Of a stretch of DNA of 54,941 nucleotides, positions 1 to 11,325 are shown piece by piece. The notes under the pieces are model-generated. The model saw only the letters and a program-made list of their open reading frames with translations, did not search any database and was not told the origin of the DNA. Every line of letters begins with the position of its first letter. Position 1 is the stretch's first letter. The DNA is from Nemertoderma westbladi (Eukaryota > Animalia > Xenacoelomorpha). The stretch lies in assembly GCA_032718475.1 (NCBI GenBank), contig JAUCBJ010000446.1, forward strand, positions 1 to 54,941, written 5' to 3'. A program made the translations under genes and the position numbers.

Positions 1-556
1 ATTAGCACTGGTTATATATAACTATTGTAGATGTACAACAAGGAGGAAAATTTGGTAACAGCGCTGGGAGATGATAGAGGAACTAACTTATTTTTATTTA
101 ATAGATATATAATTTATTAACTGGGTACCCAACCAACTACATATCTATTTCAATTAGATATATCATTTATTAACTACCAATTTTACAGTATTAATTATTA
201 ATTATATGTGAATTGAGTATTAATTATTAATTATATGTGAATTATAAATCGAACGCATGATGTGGTAAGCCAGCGGTAACCAGTAAGTCACCAGCGGTAA
301 CATGGTGTAAGGATGATAGATATAAAATAAAATATTGAGGGTCTATAGCTGGTTTATTATACAAATTAAAGATAACAATATAGTAAATGTTTTCGACCTA
401 CCGGTCAGCATCAGTCTGCGTCGATGTAATTCACTATGTGAATTAATTATAATGAGCTTAACAAAAATTTACTTTAAAGGCTTTGCTTGGCTTGTATTCT
501 ACAAAGATAGTTACGGGCCCAGATCACCGGGGTAAACATAATCGCGTTAGGGTTGG

Positions 557-1075
557 GATCTTTGGGGTGATCAAAATAGGTGGAATTTGGTGCCAATATT
601 TCGGCCACAACATGTAATAATAATAATAAATAATTATTTATATTATACAAAATAACAGGCCTTCAACAGGGCTAATCAGGATGTGTCGGGCTACGTAAGA
701 AACTGACTACTGGACTAAAAACACTACTTCCCTAGATTCACTACTCAGACTATATTACTACTGGGTTGGTACTACCGGTAGGTTAGGTGTGGCAACAATT
801 ATAATATTATTTATTTTATTTATAATATTATAATTGTTGCCACACCTAACCTACCGGTAGTACCAACCCAGTAGTAATATAGTCTGAGTAGTGAATCTAG
901 GGAAGTAGTGTTTTTAGTCCAGTAGTCAGTTTCTTACGTAGCCCGACACATCCTGATTAGCCCTGTTGAAGGCCTGTTATTTTGTATAATATAAATAATT
1001 ATTTATTATTATTATTACATGTTGTGGCCGAAATATTGGCACCAAATTCCACCTATTTTGATCACCCCAAAGATC
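557..1075. repeat. Long perfect palindrome: 254-bp arms, 11-nt T/A loop
   Basis: 557-810 is the exact reverse complement of 822-1075; loop 811-821 is TTATTTTATTT. Confidence 0.97.
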
Positions 1076-1114
1076 TGACTTCGTTTTTCCCCCCAACCCT
1101 AACTCGATTTTGCT

Positions 1115-1369
1115 TGGCTTGTGGTTAGGTATGCGCAGCTAAGTCTACTAACTAAGTGGAGACCAACTTCGCCATAGCCATATAACCTAACATTTATTGC
1201 TGGCTTGTGGTTAGGTATGTGCAGGTAAGTCTACTAACTAAGTGGAGACCAACTTCGCCATAGCCATATAACCTAACATTTATTGCTGGCTTGTGGTTAG
1301 GTATGTGCAGGTAAGTCTACTAACTAAGTGGAGACCAACTTCGCCATATAACCTAACATTTAATGCTGG
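1115..1369 (+). repeat. 86-bp tandem repeat, 3 units
   Basis: TGGCTTGTGGTTAGGTATG units start at 1115, 1201 and 1287; the third lacks 6 nt. Confidence 0.95.
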
Positions 1370-2233
1370 ATTGGTTTGTTGTGTGTAATAAGTGTCAATC
1401 AACTCAAAGTGTTTATATTTTGTAGGAAGCTCCCTTCACTGCCCCGTGGAGACCAATGAATGAGTATTGTTATTTATCTTAAATTAATAATTGTGTTATG
1501 TGGTGTCGCGATATTTTAACTCATTTGGAAACCTATATTTTCTAAAGTTATTTCAGGAGTTTGCAGCCCAATATGTGATATGTGAAATTGTACGGTACTG
1601 GTATATTTTCGTTGCGTTTTTTCGGCATGCAATTCCCGTAGCCGTATGTAACTATGTACTATATTGAAACCCGCATAACTGTTTCAACCGATGAAGATAC
1701 GAAAAAACTGTTTCCATTTTCAGAAAGCCCAGAAAATGATGTATCTCATAGATTCTGACTCAAAATCTATCATACTGGAATAGGTTCCTTTTTTTCGCAA
1801 ATAGTTACAAATTTTATTTGGAAATAAAATGCGAAAAAATGTTAAATTTTTTTTATTATTTTGTCAATCATTAAAGATTAATTTTCAGAAAACATATTAG
1901 CTGTTCCTGAATTGCAGTATACAAAAATGTTAGGAAGATAGACTCGCCTTACTACATGTCCCACCCCATCTGTAAAGTATGCATCAGTCGACCCACAATA
2001 TTTCAAAAATGGTCAAATCAACAATTGTAATTCAACTTCAACTAAAAAATGAACTGTACACGTTACAGTGACAGGTTATCCAAACCAAAACAATAAACTA
2101 TAGGCAATGGGTTACAGTTTAATTTTTACTCAACTTTTTAACAACCCCCCCCCCCCCTCCCCTCTCTCTACCTTATTAACAAACTGTACTGTAATATATT
2201 ATTAGCGTTGACCACACAAAGTTGATTATGTTT

Positions 2234-2992
2234 CTAGAATACTCCATTGAATGTAACCACCACCAAAACGATCTGAATTACTGGAGTAGCAACAACTGAA
2301 CTGCTTGCTGTCTTCTCAACTGTTGTGGTTTCTTCCACCGCCCTGGTGGTTGTTGTAGCCAGATTCACCTCCCAGACGGGAGTAGGACACTCACCAGGGC
2401 AACACATTATTATGCAAGACTTGTACTTGAGGGTAAACCCATGTTGGATAAAGTCCCTACCAACAAATAGAATGCGAAAAAAATTATCCATGTATGTTTC
2501 CATATCCCCGTAGCTTTGATGATCTATTTCAAACCCTTCTTCTAACTGTTGTATGAAAGCAGGACATCTAGTTTCATCCAAAGCAAGGCAATGATTCCTC
2601 ATGGTACCAATATTTTCATCTTTTTCTCGGTTTATGCAAAGCTCGAAGACGAACTGGAACATGACCTCCTCCCCAGTGTCATCATCTACAGCGATACTCC
2701 GATAGAAATAATTGGCACATTCTGTGCAATTGTGTTTGATGGTTCTCATATTAAGGCGCGTTGTTGTGTCTCCATTATCCTCTAATAATTGTCGATTGCT
2801 ACTTAGCAGTGTAGAAAATTTCTCAATTATTTTCCGCTGTAGCTCAACAGTAGTTGCATTAATGGATGATGATATTTCATCATAGCATGTGAAACTGCCA
2901 TAACAGATTGCAATGTTTAGTATCATGTAAAGAACACAATATAGTGAAGTATAGCGCTGCCCACTTCTCTGTAATATCGACGAAACCACCAT
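2234..2992 (-). CDS. Intronless 252-aa secreted Cys-rich, probably GPI-anchored surface protein (divergent Ly6/uPAR three-finger-like)
   Basis: First ATG at 2992 in good context (AACATGG). Hydrophobic signal segment ends ICYG-SFTCY; 10 Cys in the mature part end C-x3-CC-x3-C; Thr-rich stalk, SSS, then a hydrophobic C-terminal tail. Confidence 0.75.
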   Translation of the reverse strand: MVVSSILQRSGQRYTSLYCVLYMILNIAICYGSFTCYDEISSSINATTVELQRKIIEKFSTLLSSNRQLLEDNGDTTTRLNMRTIKHNCTECANYFYRSIAVDDDTGEEVMFQFVFELCINREKDENIGTMRNHCLALDETRCPAFIQQLEEGFEIDHQSYGDMETYMDNFFRILFVGRDFIQHGFTLKYKSCIIMCCPGECPTPVWEVNLATTTTRAVEETTTVEKTASSSVVATPVIQIVLVVVTFNGVF

Positions 2993-3258
2993 GTTCCTGG
3001 CTAACACTAACAAGTTAGTGCTGCCCTCCCCAATAAAATGAATTAAATGAAGTCAGGAAGGTATTGTTTTCTATTTACGATATAATAATATATTAATATT
3101 ATAGTGTTTATTGTTTCATAACAGTATACCTATAGGATGGATTATAAGACCATTATTGTAGCTGCGTGATTATGTGTTCGTTCGCTGTTTATAACATATT
3201 GATCAAATATTCAACTAATACTTAACTGAATTTCTAAATCATGAGAACGTATTTAATA

Positions 3259-3362
3259 AGCAAGCAAGCAAACAGTTGGCTGAAACCGAGGGCGACCCAA
3301 AGTCTCCTATTTCTATAGATACTACCCGAGAGTAAGGGTGGGAGCTCCCAAGGTTTGCTCCT
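3259..3362 (-). mobile_element. Truncated SINE/LINE 3' end with (TTGC)n tail (also ~11592-11695)
   Basis: (GCAA)n tail next to GAGGGCGACCCAAAGTCTCCTATTTCTATAGATACTAC; from memory it resembles a cephalopod SINE 3' region. Not verified. Confidence 0.4.
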
Positions 3363-4766
3363 AATAATTCAACCATCCATCATTTATCAACCATTTGGGT
3401 TGACATTTTATCAAAACCTTTAGAAATTTTATTGAAATTGGTAAGTTCCTACTTTTCCTAAAATTTAATGCGTTATCCGACAGCGCAAAACGCCAATTTC
3501 ATAGCTATGTTAGTTTTCGTATTGTGGTCCCAATCTGGCACCTATCTATCTGAGATTTTCTCCATATATTTTTGTATATGCCTTTAAATATAATTTTAGC
3601 TGCGTTTTTGTAAAAATTTGTGTCTTGCTTTACTAACCGTGTTTAAATATGTTTGTTTATATTTTAAGCTGTAATTGCGTTATAGGCTGGACCGTATAAC
3701 CTTTGCTAACTAACTATCAACATTGTTGTGATACTGCGGAGATACATACAGTGGGCTTTTAAAAATTGCAATTTAAAAATAGCCTATTTTTCAATTATTA
3801 CTCATTTACCCTATTTTGTTTACATTTTTCCCTATTTCCTGTAATTGTTTCACCCGCAAACTGTAGCTTTACTAAACTAGCTGCTAAACTGAGGCTGGAG
3901 GCGTAAAATTAAATTGTGTCTAAATTAGGCTGTAAAAAATATAAGCTAAATTTATATTTCGTAATGCGTTAGGCCTACATAGTGTAGCAATATGTTGTAT
4001 AATTATTATGTTGTATAACCTGACTTGTATTACATTATGTAGATGGTTTACCAGTAACTCATTGTAATTTAATTATTGATCTTACTTTTTTGCTTCTGTG
4101 CCATTCTTCCTTATAAAAATCATTATTCATCTTAACTATACTACGTTGTGTAACTATATTATATATGCGGTCTCCCTTATGTTCTAATAGCAATAATACA
4201 GTAGCATTTGGTTCTCAGCATTAAGTTCAATGTACTACCGTTCTATGTACAGTGAAGAATTACTCAACTATTATTACTCTATTACAAAATCTACTACTGT
4301 TTGTACTAAATTAGATAAAATATTTAAATATATGACAGGTATCTAAGTCTAAGTATCTAAGGTATATCTAAGTCTTAGACTTAGTTGTGCCCCGTTTCGT
4401 ATGTTTCTACGAAGTAAACCCTGAAACCACTCCTGGCTATATTGTGAGGGGGTCTAGGTTAACACGACTTGTTGGAGGCCTAGAACTTAAGCTAAGTTAG
4501 TTTGTTCTTCGACCCTAAGTAAGCATGAAACAAAGAGTCCTAATAGTTTCTGGTTCTTGGGAAGATCTCACTTAGTTGCTTCTTTAAATTCCACATATAT
4601 TGCAATAGTAAAGTTTGTAAGTAACTCACAGTTACGTAACTAGCAAATTTTCCCCTGAGTCTGGCCTCGTACAGGACTATGGTACTTCACAGGGTTAATC
4701 TAAAACTCAATTTTTTTTCTTGAAAAGAAACACTATGGGGATATTCAATATTACAAACCAACAAGG

Positions 4767-5022
4767 GGAGCATCCACTTGGTTAAGTACCTGTCCAGTGT
4801 CCAACCATTCTCCATTCAGCCCATCTTTCAAAGGAAGTGTTCAGAGATGCTCTTCGCCTTCCCTATAGTTGGCTACTAAAGTTCACCCCTGCTCGTTGTG
4901 CCTGTGGGACACGATTCTCTGTCAAACATATTTTGTCGTGTCCTACAGGTGGATAGCCTTCATTCAATCTGCCACAACAAGATCCGTGACTTCATCGCTA
5001 ACTCACTTACAGAAGTGGCCAA
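4767..5022 (+). mobile_element. CRE-clade non-LTR retrotransposon fragment (C-terminal zinc knuckle region); second copy ~13102-13357
   Basis: Translates GASTWLS...FRDALRLPYSW...CACGTRFSVKHILSCPTGG* then, after a frameshift, CHNKIRDFIANSLTEV: the CxC-x7-H-x3-C plus (R)HN motif of restriction-like-endonuclease non-LTR elements. Confidence 0.75.
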
Positions 5023-5160
5023 CAGCCACATATCCGGTTCTCGTCACAGAACTTTTTTAATATTTATACATATCATAAGGCAGTTTTCCTACATGTGGCT
5101 AAAATCACAGTCATCATCATACATCTCATACATCATACTCATACATCAATACACACTAGA

Positions 5161-5460
5161 CTAAACAAATAAACACTTCAACGCGCTCAAGAGCGTAATA
5201 TGAACCAAATTGATAAACAGGGAAAACGATAGCTTTTCTGAATCAGTCAGGATGGAACTCAATAGTTTCAACATCTCTAGAAAGTTATTTAATCCAGCAC
5301 GGAGGCGCCAATTTAATCGCATCTTAAACCATATTGGAGTGTCGATTTGGACAATAAAAGTGCTCAGCCTCGTTAATGATGTGGTAGGATCTGTTGCAGC
5401 CATATAGTACCGCAAGATCCTTGAAGCAGTTAATCCATCTGGAATGATTTAATGGCCCTG
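5161..5460 (-). mobile_element. Degraded DNA-transposase fragment (GPLNHSRW-type); second copy ~13496-13795
   Basis: GPLNHSRW...RILRYYM...FIVQIDTPIWFKM resembles a widespread invertebrate transposase family; superfamily not assigned. Confidence 0.55.
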
Positions 5461-5895
5461 GTCTTAGCTAAATCACTATCGCTTGAGCCCTTGATAACAG
5501 CAAGACAGATCTTAATGATTATGAATCTCGGTGTTCACACTGGGGTGTAATGTCACAACAACCTACTGTGAAAAAATATTATTTATTATTAACTAACTTA
5601 TATATATTTAGTGAATTATTTCTTTTTTAGTTTATTATTAATTTAGTTAATTGTTATTTATTTAGTTAATAATACTATTTTTTTATCGGAGGCGTCTGCA
5701 GTTCGCGCTCCTCCACTCTAACTGCCTTTGTCTGCGTGGTGGCTGGCGACCATGGAGGACCCAGGGCTTTGGGGATGGAGCGAGTCTGCGGGGCAATGAA
5801 CTCGCAGACCGATATTAAAACCTGGTGCACCATTATTAATTCTATTGTTTATATTTTTAATTGTATTGTTCTGATTGGTGATGGGAAGTTGGTGC

Positions 5896-6082
5896 TAGCA
5901 AGTCGTTAGACTTGATTACTGTAAGAAATTACTGTAAAAAAAAGCTACTGGCTACTGACTACTGGCTACTGACCTAGAGCAAAAACGGCTCTAACGAATT
6001 TGATGAAATTTTGCATTGACCATGAAAATAGATTTCTAAGGGTACTTGTGAAATCGCGGTTTAAATTGAAACATCTCAACTT
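5896..6082 (+). mobile_element. 5' fragment of Helentron/DINE-1-like (HINE) element
   Basis: Near-identical to the start of 14707-15872 (TAGCAAGTCGTTAGAC, ACTGACT microsatellite); begins exactly where duplication copy 1 ends. Confidence 0.8.
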
Positions 6083-7245
6083 GGTGGGATAAATATTTCT
6101 CCATTTGACGCAACACCGCCGCGGCCGCTATGAGGGAGGTGAATACCGCGGCCGCTCCTAAAGCCGCAGGCCATCGCTAACTATATAGGTTAACTTGGGA
6201 TTCTGGGGGACTTTTCGATGAAGGAACAGACCAAATTTTTTTATTTTCTCACCAGGGCGGCGGCTCGGAATTCTAAGATATTAGCAACTCTAACATTATT
6301 AAATCTAACCCTTCGACGGACACGGCGGACAAAAATCCGTCATTTTTTCGACAATTTTAAAATTTTTTTGAAAGGCGCTCTACAGTGGCTCGAAAAAACC
6401 CTAGGTTATTGCTTAGCCGACGCCGGGATACGATAGAAGGGATTAATTAGTGAATTCGTTTTTTTTTTCAAAAAAGATTACCACGCCTTTTTTCCGAAAA
6501 TGTCCGTCAAAGTTGAAAAAACGGACAAAATGACTTTGCGGGATCCGCTATAACTCGGCTAATATTAATCGTACGGGAACGAAAGTAACGCGGTTGGAAA
6601 GGGGAAGAGTGGTACTACCTTCGTATCGAATCGGGGTAAGATATTTATTAAAATTTCGGGTGGAAAAAGGGGCTGTAAATTTGTACGTTTTTTTCCGTCT
6701 TTTTTGGAAAACTTATTTCCGAAATGTTTAATTCGACAACGCGGGTAGGAATCCACTAATTCTTTTATGAAACTCGTAGAAGACCATTGGGGCTACGTTC
6801 CTATCGAATGGGGGTACAAAAAATATGTCGGCAATAGGGGCCAAAAAGGGCCAGAATTTGTAAAGTAGTTTTTATCGAATAATTTTTTATTTTTAACTTT
6901 AGTTGGTTAAGGTACATTCTATACAGTCAATATCCATACGGGGAATTCAAATATGCTATCGGTTTTGCTCCAAGGATGATATTAAAAAAATGAGGGCCAA
7001 AATTATAATTTCGCGCTTCAAACTTGCTTCGCGGGAAATCGTCTAGCTCGAAAACTACTTAACTTACGGGAGATTTGTTTACACAGACTTATAGTGCGTT
7101 AAATTATCTATCTAACAGCGTTAATCACAGCGCCGGAGGTATTATAAAACTGGAGCGGCAGGCGATCGTGTGAAATATAATATTTATAAAAAGGGACGAA
7201 ACATTTTTTTTTTTAACATGTGACGGGATCTACAGATCCCGGTTT
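6083..7245. mobile_element. Probable non-autonomous element ending in a small hairpin
   Basis: Non-coding; GATCCGCTATAACTC motif shared with ~14644; ends in a T-run followed by the hairpin CGGGATC-TACA-GATCCCG (~7224-7241). Confidence 0.35.
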
Positions 7246-7583
7246 ATCCGTTTGGGTTTTCTGCCCACGCGTCCCCGCCGTGTGTGAAAGGTAAAAGAGT
7301 TCTGATGTTGGGTAATATGTATAAAGGTATAATAGTCTGACAGTTGATATAATATAGTATGACACAATAGGTAATATATAATGGCGGTAGCGGACGGTGA
7401 CAGAAGTCCCCGTTCCACCCTACTGATCTGACTGAGTAAACTGAATAACTGACCGGTATGATTACTGGTAACTGGTTATATTGCACGGTGGCCTTATTGC
7501 TACTCAATCGATGCCTTTCCCCCCTCTGATTGGTTGATACCCCTGTTGGCACCCTTTGCCCCCCTCTGAAGTGCTTCCCTTCG

Positions 7584-7761
7584 CCTAGATTCACTACTCA
7601 GACTATATTACTACTGGGTTGGTACTACCGGTAGGTTAGGTGTGGCAACAATTATAATATTATTTATTATTATTATTATTTATAATATTATAATTGTTGC
7701 CACACCTAACCTACCGGTAGTACCAACCCAGTAGTCATATAGTCTGAGTAGTGAATCTAGG
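7584..7761. repeat. Truncated copy of the palindrome (~80-bp arms, 18-nt loop)
   Basis: Left arm starts at CCTAGATTC (7584); loop is TTATTATTATTATTATTT; one mismatch in the right arm. Confidence 0.93.
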
Positions 7762-9008
7762 GAAGTAGTGTTTTTAGTCCAGTAGTCAGTTTCTTACGTA
7801 GCCCGACACATCCTGATTAGCCCTGTTGAAGGCCTGTTATTTTGTATAATATAAATAATTATTTATTATTATTATTACATGTTGTGGCCGAAATATTGGC
7901 ACCAAATTCCACCTATTTTGATCACCCCAAAGATCTGACTTCGTTTTTCCCCCCAACCCTAACTCGATTTTGCTTGGCTTGTGGTTAGGTATGCGCAGCT
8001 AAGTCTACTAACTAAGTGGAGACCAACTTCGCCATAGCCATATAACCTAACATTTATTGCTGGCTTGTGGTTAGGTATGTGCAGGTAAGTCTACTAACTA
8101 AGTGGAGACCAACTTCGCCATATAACCTAACATTTAATGCTGGATTGGTTTGTTGTGTGTAATAAGTGTCAATCAACTCAAAGTGTTTATATTTTGTAGG
8201 AAGCTCCCTTCACTGCCCCGTGGAGACCAATGAATGAGTATTGTTATTTATCTTAAATTAATAATTGTGTTATGTGGTGTCGCGATATTTTAACTCATTT
8301 GGAAACCTATATTTTCTAAAGTTATTTCAGGAGTTTGCAGCCCAATATGTGATATGTGAAATTGTACGGTACTGGTATATTTTCGTTGCGTTTTTTCGGC
8401 ATGCAATTCCCGTAGCCGTATGTAACTATGTACTATATTGAAACCCGCATAACTGTTTCAACCGATGAAGATACGAAAAAACTGTTTCCATTTTCAGAAA
8501 GCCCAGAAAATGATGTATCTCATAGATTCTGACTCAAAATCTATCATACTGGAATAGGTTCCTTTTTTTCGCAAATAGTTACAAATTTTATTTGGAAATA
8601 AAATGCGAAAAAATGTTAAATTTTTTTTATTATTTTGTCAATCATTAAAGATTAATTTTCAGAAAACATATTAGCTGTTCCTGAATTGCAGTATACAAAA
8701 ATGTTAGGAAGATAGACTCGCCTTACTACATGTCCCACCCCATCTGTAAAGTATGCATCAGTCGACCCACAATATTTCAAAAATGGTCAAATCAACAATT
8801 GTAATTCAACTTCAACTAAAAAATGAACTGTACACGTTACAGTGACAGGTTATCCAAACCAAAACAATAAACTATAGGCAATGGGTTACAGTTTAATTTT
8901 TACTCAACTTTTTAACAACCCCCCCCCCCCCCTCCCCTCTCTCTACCTTATTAACAAACTGTACTGTAATATATTATTAGCGTTGACCACACAAAGTTGA
9001 TTATGTTT

Positions 9009-11325
9009 CTAGAATACTCCATTGAATGTAACCACCACCAAAACGATCTGAATTACTGGAGTAGCAACAACTGAACTGCTTGCTGTCTTCTCAACTGTTG
9101 TGGTTTCTTCCACCGCCCTGGTGGTTGTTGTAGCCAGATTCACCTCCCAGACGGGAGTAGGACACTCACCAGGGCAACACATTATTATGCAAGACTTGTA
9201 CTTGAGGGTAAACCCATGTTGGATAAAGTCCCTACCAACAAATAGAATGCGAAAAAAATTATCCATGTATGTTTCCATATCCCCGTAGCTTTGATGATCT
9301 ATTTCAAACCCTTCTTCTAACTGTTGTATGAAAGCAGGACATCTAGTTTCATCCAAAGCAAGGCAATGATTCCTCATGGTACCAATATTTTCATCTTTTT
9401 CTTGGTTTATGCAAAGTTTGAAGACGAACTGGAACATGACCTCCTCCCCAGTGTCATCATCTACAGCGATACTCCGATAGAAATAATTGGCACATTCTGT
9501 GCAATTGTGTTTGATGGTTCTCATATTAAGGCGCGTTGTTGTGTCTCCATTATCCTCTAATAATTGTCGATTGCTACTTAGCAGTGTAGAAAATTTCTCA
9601 ATTATTTTCCGCTGTAGCTCAACAGTAGTTGCATTAACCCTATTAGTACCGGGCTATAAAATGTTGTACAAATACCGGGAGGGGGTCATATTGACCCCCC
9701 CTTCTAAAATCTACAAATATTTACGAAAACGTCTGATTTTTTGTTTGTACGTAGGTATCACTTGTCTGGATCCGAACGAAAAAAAAAATTTCCGAAAAAA
9801 TGTACTGGGGTGGTTATATTGCAGCACCAAAATTACAAGTATTGCACAATTTTCACCAAATTTGAAAGTTATATTTTCGGCTAATTATTTTTCAATACAG
9901 GTTTTCTGGGGTGTAAAATACATTGGAAAATATTAAAAAATGATATGATTACTATAAATGGCTGTTTAGTCCTCTCTGCGTAGGAAAAAAATGAAAAAAA
10001 CAAGTAACCAGCACTTTTCAGTTAGAACACAAAATTTTTAATTCACTTATACGATGCTATAAATTCACATTTTCAGGTTTTCGAGGGCGCTGATTCTAAT
10101 GGAATACATTTCTAATATGCTAGATCATTGCTACTTGTATTTTTCGGCGTAATTTGGCAAATTTTGGTGCTAGCACCAAATTTCGTACCCATCACCAAAA
10201 AGTACAAGTTTGCGATGTCTAGTGCAGTTTTTATTGATTCCATCGGATTCAGGACCCTCATAAACCCGTATAACGCAAGAAACCAGGTGATACTATCTAC
10301 TTATCAATTTGCATATTTTCCAAAATTTGGTGCTGGCACAACAATTTTCACCCACCGGCGAAAAATACAAGTTTGACAACTCTTATGAAATTTTTACTGA
10401 TTCCATTGAATTCAGAACCATCACAAACCCGTATAACGCAAGAAACAAGGTGACACAATCAATTGATATATTTGATGGTTTTCAAAATTTGGTGCTAGCA
10501 CCACATTTTGCACCCACATCCGAAAAATACAAGTTTGAGATGTCTAGTTCGATAATTATATTTTCCATTGAATTCAGAACAGCCATAAACCTCTAAAACG
10601 CAAGAAATAAATTCTCACAAGCAATTTTATCTATTGAATGGATTTTCAAAATTTCGTGCTAGCACCAAAATTTGCACACAGCACCGAAAAATACAAGTTT
10701 GATACGCTTGGTGCAACTCGTATATATTTCTTCGAATCCAGAAACCCAAAAAACCCCAATTGCGTAAAAAACAAGTTTCAAACGATCAATTTACAAAATT
10801 GACTTATTTCAAAATTTGGTGCTGGCACCAAAATTTGGCACCCACCGAAAAAAAAACAAGTTTAAAATTTCTAAATCAATTTATATGAATTCCATCAAAT
10901 TTCTAACACCAAAAAACCCGTGTAAATAAAAAATAGAGATGTTACAATTCATATTTAATGAAATGTAATTTTCAAAAAACGTCTCAAAAAAAGTGCCAAA
11001 AGTAGGGTTAAAAAATGGCGCTATAACTCGAAAAGTACACAATATTTTTGAAAACGGTTTTCACTACTAGGAAGACAATAGATTTTTAGGAAAAGTCATA
11101 AAATTTCAGATTCCCAACTGCGTTTGTTTCAAAATTATAATAAAAAAACCACGGGAGGGGTCATATTGACCCCCCCCCGGGTTTAATAGGGTTAATGGAT
11201 GATGATATTTCATCATAGCATGTGAAACTGCCATAACAGATTGCAATGTTTAGTATCATGTAAAGAACACAATATAGTGAAGTATAGCGCTGCCCACTTC
11301 TCTGTAATATCGACGAAACCACCAT
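9009..11325 (-). pseudogene. Second copy of the Cys-rich GPI-protein gene, split by a MITE
   Basis: ORF pieces 11161-11346 and 9009-9524 match copy 1; interrupted at the TTAA within the SSSI/NATT codons; R>Q and E>K changes. Confidence 0.9.
9638..11191. mobile_element. piggyBac-type MITE (TTAA TSD) with internal ~163-bp array
   Basis: TTAA at 9634-9637 and 11192-11195; single empty-site TTAA in copy 1; TIR CCCTATTA...CCGGG; subterminal GGGGGTCATATTGACCCCC at both ends. Confidence 0.93.

Larger units (their letters stand above)
731..5895 (+). repeat. Tandem segmental duplication, copy 1
   Basis: Colinear and near-identical to 7584-14228, from CCTAGATTCACTACTC to GGGAAGTTGGTGC. Confidence 0.97.

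Noticed and set aside
5715-5765. Minus-strand CATGGTCGCCAGCCACCACGCAG resembles the HDV ribozyme core
   Set aside because: P3 and P1 pairings cannot be built; probably coincidental within a GC-rich repeat fragment.
9487-10596. + strand ORFs of 149, 82 and 95 aa
   Set aside because: They read antisense through the gene and through MITE repeats; no transposase motifs.
10158-10930. Regularly spaced palindromes as a CRISPR array
   Set aside because: The intervening sequences are homologous to each other and ~140 bp long, the context is eukaryotic and there are no cas genes.
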